DNA of 64,000 bases, taken from contig OZ251230.1 in NCBI GenBank assembly GCA_965240325.2, positions 2,604,001 to 2,668,000 of the forward strand, given 5' to 3'. Position 1 is the stretch's first letter; each line of letters begins with the position of its first letter. Shown here piece after piece: positions 56,115 to 64,000 of the stretch. The notes under the pieces were generated by a model. The model searched no databases. It was given only the letters and a program-made list of their open reading frames with translations, and had not been told where the DNA came from. The position numbers were made by a program, and so were the translations under genes. The DNA is from Rebecca billardiae RCC1528. Lineage: Eukaryota; Protista; Haptophyta.

Positions 56115-59100
56115 CACAGCGCAAGATTTCGGAAAAGATGTCGTTACGGGCCCCCCCCTGCACCCGCCCGCTCGCGGAAATTCAGCATGGCGAGGCGCGG
56201 CGCGCTGAAGGGCGGGGAGCGTGCGCGCGCAGTCCCAGACTACCCCGACGAATTTCCCCGAGCGTCTCCCCATCGATCCAAGACACCCCGCCCTGCCCAC
56301 AGCTCGAGATCGGAACAGGTGCAGTTGAGGTCGCGTGCCGCGCGGGCGGCTCGGGCGCCAGTGCGCACCTTTTTTTATGGATGGCCACAGAACACCCTTC
56401 TTCCTCGGTGAGGAGGCCATGCACGGCAGCCACAGGTGCGTATGCATTCGACTGAAGCCTGATCCGTAGCCGGCTGCTGCTCCGAGCACGCACGCCGCTC
56501 GAGTTTGGAGCTGCGCGGCACTAGCACTTCTCCGAGGCGATGATGCCAGGCGTATGGGGTCAGATCACTGCGATGGCGCGCGAGGAGGGCGGCGACTAGG
56601 CGTCGCCGCCAGGCGATAACGGCGGAAGTTGTTGCGGCCCCGCCTCTCGCGGCCCCGCCTGCAGCACTCCGCTTACGGCGTTCGTGTCCACCGCCCAGAT
56701 CGAGCCCTCAGAGCGGATGCGGCTCGACGCCTCACACGGCGGGTGCAACCTGCAGCGCCGCCCCGCATGACCCAGCTGCCCGCGCGGCAGCTGCCGAGAC
56801 CACGTGCCCGCGGCTCGACCCCTCCGTGTTGACCGCCGCCGTGTCACTACCGCCGCCTGGCCGTGCCGACTGCCCGCTGCCCACACCCTTCCACCTCCCT
56901 GCTGCCCGTGCAAGCCGGAGCTCGCCACCAGCTGCCCGCACTCGTCGACGAGACGCCGATCGCTGGCCCGGCCCATTGCTCATCGCCCGCCGCCCGCACG
57001 TCCGCGCCGCGGCGCCCGCCGCACGGCACGCAGCTCTCGGCGGCAAGCATTGCTGCCCTGGACGGCAGCGCCGACCTGCTCGCGATCCACGTTGCCGAAC
57101 TGTCGGAGGCGAACGTGCGCAAGAGCTGTGAGCTGAGCGCCGTGCCGAGACTCGAGAAGCAGCTGCACGCGGAGCGCGCTGCAGCAGCCGAACGGACGGC
57201 GGCGGCCGCCGAGACGATGGCTGCACTTAGGGTGCTGCTCGGCGTGGCCGAGGCCAAGTGGCGCGCAGCCTCGGCCGATGCCGCCGCGAGCAAGCCTGCT
57301 CGGCAAACCGCTGCGTTCGCGCTTGCCGCTGCTGCTCGGCGTGAGGCGCGCGCGCACGTGGCCGAGCGCGCTGCCGCGCGCGAGGAAGGCGCGGAGGAGC
57401 TTGGGCGGCTCGAAGCGGACCTGGCTCCTGCGCACGAGGTGACACGTGCGGGGTGCGGGCGCGCGTCCCAGGCGCGTGCAAGCTCGAGCTCGCGCGCGAA
57501 GGACTCGGCGCCAAGCCTCCGCGCACGAGAGCGCGGCGGAGGCGGTGGCGGCGGTGCGGCAGCGGCGCACGAGCAGCGAGCAGCCGCGCCATCCAGTCGG
57601 ACGAGCAGTGATGAAGTGCTTCAAAGCTCGGAGTCGGATTCACCGTTCACGTCGGTCACGGCCTGCCACGCAGCTGTCGGACTGAGTCCCGGTCCCGGTC
57701 ATCGTCCGGCGCTGAGTCGTGACTCGTGGCAGCAGCCGCGCCCGGCGGCGCTGGCGCGCGCCGGCCCGGGCCGGCGGCGGCTCACGGGTAGCAGTCGCCT
57801 GACCATGTTAGAGTCGTGTTATCGACGACCAGTAGGACCGTACGTCGTGAGAGTCATCGCGGAGGCTGCTGAGTCAGCTGCGCCCGACCCGCTCCGCGCG
57901 CCTCCGGTCAGCCTCCGCGCCCGCGGCCGCCTCCGCCGCGCGGGGCCGGCCGATCGGGCACGGTCAGCCGCGCGTAGTCCGCGAAATTTCAACTTGAATC
58001 TTGATTCGTCCGCGACCGGTCCGCGAGTAACCGGCGGTAGTGTGAGCCGTGCTGACTGCGTGACGCCGCGGCCGGGCCCGGGCGCGCGGGTGCCAGTAGC
58101 TATACTATAGATACTAGCTAGGCCCCGGGTGCCAGTAGCTACTGGCACCCGGGCGGTAGCTACTGGCACCCGCGCGCCACCGGTGACCCGCCCTGCCGCG
58201 GCCGCTGTCAGGCCGCTGCCCGATTGACCCGGCGGCGAGTGAGAGTCCCCGTCAGCTCTCATGATGGCCTCACGCGAGGATCGCGCCGGTACGGACCGCT
58301 GCGACGACTGGTGGCGCGCGCCGACTTCTGTCTGTCTCGTGCAGCGAGCGAGCCGCGGCGCCGGCGGCAGCGGCGGCAGCCGTCGCGCCGCCGACTGCTG
58401 CGCTGGCTGCTGCGGCGGCGGCGGAGCTTCAACGGCGGCGAGCCGCGCGGCCCGCGCGGTCCGGGCACAGAGCGGCTGTGACACGGGATGCCGGACCGTC
58501 CCGCCGAGCGGCAACGGTCGTCACGGGCTGCACGTTGGGCTCGGACACGGCCGTGGTGAGGTTGACGAGCGCAAGTACGACCTCGCCGTTGTGCATGAAC
58601 TTGAGCGAGATGACCGCGCTGAACGAGCAGACCAAGTCTGTTCGGCACGCCTCGCCGCGCGTGCGTCGAGGCCGAGGAAGGCTGGGTTCTCAGGAACGGT
58701 ACTGCAGGCGACGGTGCACGCCGAGCGGACGTTCTGCTCCACCACCTCCATACCGCCGAGCGCGACGAACTCGGGCGCACACAGTGCCTCGCGCAGGAAC
58801 GCAGCAGTCAAGCCGCTTGCCGCCTGCCGGTCACGTCGCCGAGTCACGCCGCAGCCGCTCATGAATCTTGCGCACCTGCGCGACGAAGAGGGCGGCGCTG
58901 CACGCGGACATGCAGATAGCGAGGTGCGCGACGTGCAACGCGTTCATCGCCGTCGCCAGAGCGCTACCAGACCCACACATCGCCTGCCATGCCGCCTCGA
59001 CCGCCTCGCGCGAGCTCCACAAACAGTGCGCTTCTGCCGCGCGAGCACGCTCTGCTGTGTGATCTGGTTGGTGTACCGGTGAAAATGCATCGAGGGGCCC

Positions 59101-59718
59101 TTCGTATGCGGCATTAGACCTCGCACGTCCTTCTCCCCGCCCTTCTTTCACGCCAAGTGTCTGCGCGCGCGGCGATCCGCGGCGGCGGGCAGATGCGGCC
59201 ACATGCAGGCGAGCGGCAGAAAGGGCGCGCGTGCATGGTGAACGCGTCAGATGCAGGATACGTGATGCGCATTTTGGGCATCTACACTCCGATCCCGCCC
59301 ATCGCCACTTATTCGCCAGACCCGCATCTCCAAGGGGCTCGGCGCTGTGCGCGCCTCCGCGCGCGCGAATGTTCAAATCATGGCCGCGCGTGCAAACGGG
59401 GTGCAGGTGGACGATGGATGCGGCGGAGCGATTCCTGCGCCGCGCCGCAAATGCGGGGAACTGTATTGCGCAGCTGAAGCGCACGCACCATCGCGGCCCA
59501 GCCAAGCCGCTCGGTCCCAGGCCGACGCCAGCTGGCGACGTTCGTCGCGCGATGGGCGATTTCGACGACATCGCGAAGCGCTCGACCAATTCGCCTCCGG
59601 CCGTCCGCCGGCCGCGTCCAACTGCCGGCGAGGGAGCCGGGTCGGCAGTTATCGCATTTTTTTAATGGGTTCGCCGAATTAGCTTACGGTCGTGGCTGGC
59701 GGGCGATCCTGCGCTGTG
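56115..59718. mobile_element. 3.6-kb putative CMC/CACTA-like non-autonomous DNA transposon
   Basis: Termini cacagcgcaagat and atcctgcgctgtg (12/13 inverted match), with tat on both flanks (56112-56114, 59719-59721). It fills the gap between two gene 3' ends and the interior ORFs are broken. Confidence 0.6.
58081..58178. repeat. Nested palindrome
   Basis: 22-bp inverted arms at 58081-58102 / 58157-58178 enclose a perfect 30-bp palindrome at 58124-58153 built from the same gggtgccagtagcta unit. Confidence 0.9.
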
Positions 59719-59820
59719 TATGATATGCGCTAGCAGCCGCCAGCGAGGCGTGCAGTAGTAGTACGACCCCAGGATGGTCCGCCCAATCAGGTGCACCGAG
59801 CACTGTCAGCGTGACGATCA

Positions 59821-60846
59821 TCAGGTGACGAGCTGCACGTGCAGGGTGGCGTTGGGCACGAGCCCGAGCTCTCGGAAGGTGGACTCGCAGCCGCACGCCC
59901 ACGTGGCGGGCGGGAAGGCGGAGCGCAGCGTGTACTCCGGCGCGCCCGCGCGCGCGCCGTGCCCGCCGCCCGCCGCCGCCGCGCGCAGGTGCGGCCGCAG
60001 CCGCGGCCTCAGCGCGGAGAGCGGCGCGTCCGCCGGCACGTCCAGCCGCAACGTCTCGCGGCCGCCTGGCAGCCGCAGCTGCAGCGTGGTGCGCTCGGCG
60101 GCGGGCGCGGCGGCGGGCGGCGCGGGCTCGGCGCGCGGCGGCGCGGGCGCGCTCGGCGGTGGCGGTGGCGCCGCGCCGGCGGCGGGCGCCGCGCTCGGCT
60201 GCGGCTGCTGCTGCGGCGGCTGCGGCGGCGCGGCGGCGCGCGCGGCGGCGGCGGCGGCGGCCGCGCGCCGACCTGCCGAGGCGGCGCGGGCGCGCGACGC
60301 GTCGGCCGGCGCGTCGGCGCCGTGCGCGGCTTCGCCGCGCGGCCTCCCGCCGTGTGCCGCGGCCGTCCCGCCCCCCGCGGGCTGCGCCGCCGCCCCGCCG
60401 CCGAGCAGCAGGCTCCCCACCTCCGCCCGCACCGGCACGAGACGCCCCGCGCGGACCACGGCGGCGGGCAGCGAGCTTACGAATCGCTGCGCGTGCTCGC
60501 GCGCCGCGCGCGGGTCGGCGGCGGCGCTCGGGTGCGCGGCGTGCGCGTGCAGCCCGCGCAGCTTGGCGCGCTCCGCCGCGCGCGCCTCCTCCCACGCCAC
60601 GCCCGTGCAGTCCTCGCCCGCGAACGCCGCCCCATACGGGTACTTTTCCTTGAGCTCATACGGACAGCGGCCCGCGGCCACCTCTGTTAGGAAGGAGGCC
60701 GCCTCGGGAGAATCGTACGGGCGCAGCGGGCCGGCGTAGAGGACGAGGCCGTCGCGGAAGAAGCGCACGCGCACGGGCTCGGAGTCACGACGCGCACCCC
60801 CGCCGCCGCCGCCGCCGCTCGAGCCCGCGCGCCCGAGCGCGTGGAA

Positions 60847-60887
<41 letters not shown>

Positions 60888-61812
60888 TGCCGCCGCTGCC
60901 CGCGCCGGCGCCGGCGGGCGCGCCGGCCGCGGCGCGCGCGCGCGTCGCGAGCTCGCTCAGCCCGTCGAGCATGCGCAGCAGGTGCGGCACGGCGCGCGGG
61001 ATGTCAGCGGCGCCGCTGAAGCCGAGCGGCGTGAACGGCGCGCCCTCGCCCTCCGCGCCCGCCTCGGCGGAAGCGCGCGGCGCGGCCGCGGCGTCGGCCG
61101 CGGCCGAGCGCCCGCCGACCTCGCCGGCTGGCGCGCGGCGCGCGGCGGCGGCGGGCGGCGCCGCGCCCGCGCGGGCGGACGCGGAGCCGGGCGTGCCGTC
61201 TGCGCGCTCGGCGGGCGAGCCCGCCGGCGCGGTGGCCCGCCGCCCCGAGCGCGCTCGGCCGACGCCGAGTGCTGGTGCGGCGCCGCGATCCGCCGCGCCC
61301 GGCGCGGCGCGCGGCGGCGGCGCGGCGGCGGGCTCGGCGGCGGCGCGCGGCAGCTGCGCGCGCAGCGCGGAGATGGTCGCGTCGCGCTCGCGCAGCGCCG
61401 CCTCCGCCGCGCGCAGCCGCCGCGCCTGCTCCGCGACCAGCCGCTCGAGACGGTCCACGTCGTCTGCGGAGGAGGCGCGGCGCTGGGCGGCGGCGCGCTC
61501 GGCGGCCGGCGCGGCGGGCGCCGCGCCGTCGCGCGCGCCGAGCAGGGCGCGCGGCGCGCCGCCTCGCGCGGGCGAGCCACGCTCATCCACGCGCTCCCCC
61601 TCCTCCTCCTCCTCCTCGCCCTCCGCCGGCGGCTGCTGCGAGCGCAGCTGGCCGAGCGCGCGCTGTCGCTCGAGCTCAGCCGTGCGCTGGGCCATCGCGC
61701 TCATCAGCGCGTCGAGCGGCTCGGCGGGCGGGCGTGAGCCGGCGGCGGGGTGCGCTCGGCGGCGGCGGAACTCGGCGAGTGCCTCGTCCGCGTTCTGCGG
61801 CCCGCGGTACAT
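59821..61812 (-). CDS. UBXN11-like p97/Cdc48 cofactor (coiled coil, SEP-like, UBX)
   Basis: Coiled coil (RLERLVAEQARRL). SEP-like FFRDGLVLYAGPLRPY...GRCPYELKEKYPYG and FVSSLPAAVVRAGRLVPVR. C-terminal UBX (TTLQLRLPGG...YTLRSAFPP...TFRELGLVPNATLHV). Confidence 0.88.
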
Positions 61813-62083
61813 GGGGTGATGGGGAGACAGAGCTTGCGGCGCGTCAACGGCTCGGCCCGGCGGCCATGCTCTTGCGGCGAGTGACTGTGACGACGATCGA
61901 GCGCAGACGAGCAGAACGGCGGTTTTATACTTTTATTCAGCATCATCAGCGCTTTCAATTTTGTTTTCTTACGCGACGAGCTCCTGAATTTGCGCTGCTG
62001 ACGTTTTTTCCGATGCTGCGTCGGCGTGGTGCAGCAACCGTGTCGTCGTCGGTGCGTGCTGCGGCCGAGGTGACACATGACGT

Positions 62084-63637
62084 TCAGCGGCCACGGCCGA
62101 GCGGCACGGCGGCGGCCGCCGGGAGCCGCACCGCGCCCACACCCGCGGCGGCGCGCGCCGCCCCCACCTCCTGCTGCCGCGGAGCCTGGCCGGCTCCGCC
62201 GCGCGCCGCGGCCGCGCCCGTTGGCGTTGACGGCTCGCCGCCGCCAGCACCGGCTGACGCGCCACCGTGCGAGCCCGCCGGGGCGACGCCCGGCGCGCGG
62301 CGTGCGCGCGGCGCGCGCGCGGGCGCGTCGAGCAGGCCGCAGCTCGGCGCCGCCAGCGCTGCCGAGCGCACGCGCACAGCCGCGCCGCACGCCGCGCAGG
62401 CGGCCACGGCCATCGCGGCCGCGCGCGCGCGCGCCGCAAGCGCGCGCGGGCGCGCGCGCCGCGCGCTCAGCGCGAGCGCGGCGCAGACGGCGAGGGCGAG
62501 CGCGGCGGCGGCGGCGCGCTCGCGCGCGCCGAGCTCGCGCGCCGCGGCCGCCAGCGCGAGCGCGCGCGCGCGCGCCGCCTCCGCCGAGCGCCCGCCGAGC
62601 AGCCGCAGCGCGAAGAGAAAAACGCCTTCGCGCCGCCGCCGGCGCCGCCGCGGCCGCGGCGGCGCCGGCCGCGCCGCCACCGGCTGCGGCGGCGGCGCTT
62701 GGCGGGCGGCAAGGAGCGGTGCGTGCTGCGCGGGCGCGGCGGTGGCGGGTGAGGTCGAGGTGGCCGCGTGCGCGCGCGGGCTGCTCGAGGCGGGGCTGTC
62801 CGCGCCGTCCGTGCCGGAGGACGAGGCGGAGGACGTCGAGCACGCCTCGGCCTCCACGCCGCCGCTCGCGCCCGCGGCGGCGCGCGCGGCGGCGCTCGCG
62901 AGCGCGGCGGCGCGCGCGGCGTCCGCGTCCGCGTCGGCGCCGGCGAGCGCGGCGTGGAGCGTGCGCGGCAGCAGCTCGAGGAGCGGCCTGTGCAGCGCCG
63001 CGGCCAGCCCCGACGGCAGCGCCTCCGCCGCGCCGTGCTCCGCCAGCTCCGCCGCGCTCGGCTCCAGCAGGACATAAGCCCACCAGAGCTGCCAGCCCCA
63101 CAGCCAGCGCGAAAAGAGCACGCGCGCGCACTCGAGCGCGCGGAGCAGCGTGAGGCGGCGCACGGCGCGGGCGTGCGCGGCGGGGAGCAGCGCGCGCAGC
63201 AGCCCGACCTCCGCCGCGCGCGCGCCCGCGAGCACGAGCCACGCGCCGCCCTGCAGCTCGACGCAGCCGAGCGCGACAGTGCACAGGGCCAGCGTGCGCG
63301 TGCTCGCGCAGCGCACGGCGAGGGCGAGGGCGGCGGCGCAGAGGGCGGCGGCGGTGCCGAGGCGCAGCGCGATGAGCGCGCGCGCCAGCGCCGGGCGCAG
63401 CCCCCGCCAGTCCGCCGCGCACCCCGCGCCGGCCAGCAGCGCCACGGCGCCGCAACCGTGCCGCAGGCTGCACGCCGCGAGGCCAACGTGCAGCGCGCGC
63501 GCGGCGGCGGGGTGCAGCGCGCCGCGCTCGTGGAGCGAGACGGCGTAGGCGCACGCGCACGCGGCGCACGCCGCGCCGGCGCCCACCGCCCAGACGAGCC
63601 CGCCCAGCGCGTCGCGGCGCGGCGGTGGCGGCGGCAT
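62084..63637 (-). CDS. Hypothetical membrane protein (start uncertain)
   Basis: Long Ala/Leu-rich frame with several hydrophobic segments and VLFSRWLWGWQLWWAYVLLEP. Confidence 0.55.
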   Translation of the reverse strand: MPPPPPRRDALGGLVWAVGAGAACAACACAYAVSLHERGALHPAAARALHVGLAACSLRHGCGAVALLAGAGCAADWRGLRPALARALIALRLGTAAALCAAALALAVRCASTRTLALCTVALGCVELQGGAWLVLAGARAAEVGLLRALLPAAHARAVRRLTLLRALECARVLFSRWLWGWQLWWAYVLLEPSAAELAEHGAAEALPSGLAAALHRPLLELLPRTLHAALAGADADADAARAAALASAAARAAAGASGGVEAEACSTSSASSSGTDGADSPASSSPRAHAATSTSPATAAPAQHAPLLAARQAPPPQPVAARPAPPRPRRRRRRREGVFLFALRLLGGRSAEAARARALALAAAARELGARERAAAAALALAVCAALALSARRARPRALAARARAAAMAVAACAACGAAVRVRSAALAAPSCGLLDAPARAPRARRAPGVAPAGSHGGASAGAGGGEPSTPTGAAAARGGAGQAPRQQEVGAARAAAGVGAVRLPAAAAVPLGRGR

Positions 63638-63859
63638 GCGCCACGCGCCCAGCAGTGCGCAGAGAGACCAGCCCGGCCCGGCAGCCCGGGCGGCGGCGGC
63701 TGGCGCGGCGCTGCGTCTCGTCAAAGTTGAAAGTGGAAAGTATGGCTGCCGCCTGCGCCGTGCGCACGACTGTGACTACGACAAGGTCGGACGACTCAGC
63801 AGACGATGGTTCCGACACTGTACATCAGCGAGCGGCCACCGCACCCGCCCCCGCCTCAG

Positions 63860-64000
63860 CTAGCGCCGCTTGTCCCGGTCCTTGAGCAGCAGCGTCACGT
63901 ACGCCAGCAGCCGCACGCACCCGCCGATCGCCGCGAGCGAGCGCACGGCGACGCGCACGCCCTCGCACCGCGCGAGCGGCGCGTCTGGGCCGCAGAGCTG
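63860..64000 (-). CDS. 3' end of a gene entering from the right window edge
   Basis: 47 open codons with host codon bias, ending LLAYVTLLLKDRDKRR-TAG. Confidence 0.55.
   Translation of the reverse strand, partial: QLCGPDAPLARCEGVRVAVRSLAAIGGCVRLLAYVTLLLKDRDKRR

Noticed and set aside
56115-56121. CACAGCG terminus as a RAG/Transib RSS-like heptamer next to the LRR gene
   Set aside because: The TSD is 3 bp not 5 bp, with no convincing nonamer and no transposase, so a CMC-type end is the simpler reading.

Overview
Very GC-rich eukaryotic nuclear DNA with short GC-rich GT-AG introns (GTGCG... / ...GCAG). Composition, intron style and intronic telomere-like repeats suggest a haptophyte alga such as a Pavlovales species; this is inference, not shown. 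About 22 compact protein genes are supported, with exon boundaries worked out by hand: an FN3+BAH protein, a metacaspase, a GGCT/AIG2-METTL18 fusion, three adjacent glycan-modifying genes (GT25-like, FkbM methyltransferase, DUF6625-like), an hnRNP F/H-like RRM protein, a TMX-like thioredoxin, a head-to-head serA/serC pair, an F-box-like gene, a SEN1-like helicase, AP-2 sigma, an LRR protein with repeat-per-exon structure, and a UBXN11-like protein. Repeat and mobile DNA: a 2.2-kb foldback (4.7-7.0 kb); a 12.3-kb gene-poor island with exact 34-bp inverted repeats at its ends, holding a nested 2-kb TIR element and decayed gene pieces; a 1,067-bp unit bounded by identical 74-bp direct repeats and carrying one basic ORF; a 237-bp MITE with a 7-bp TSD; and a 3.6-kb CAC...GTG element with a 3-bp TSD. 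The best candidates for something new are the direct-repeat 1-kb element, the divergent serA/serC pair, the modular-exon LRR protein and the GGCT-METTL18 fusion. Most long ORFs in the supplied track are GC-driven shadow frames. No rRNA, tRNA or CRISPR array was recognised.
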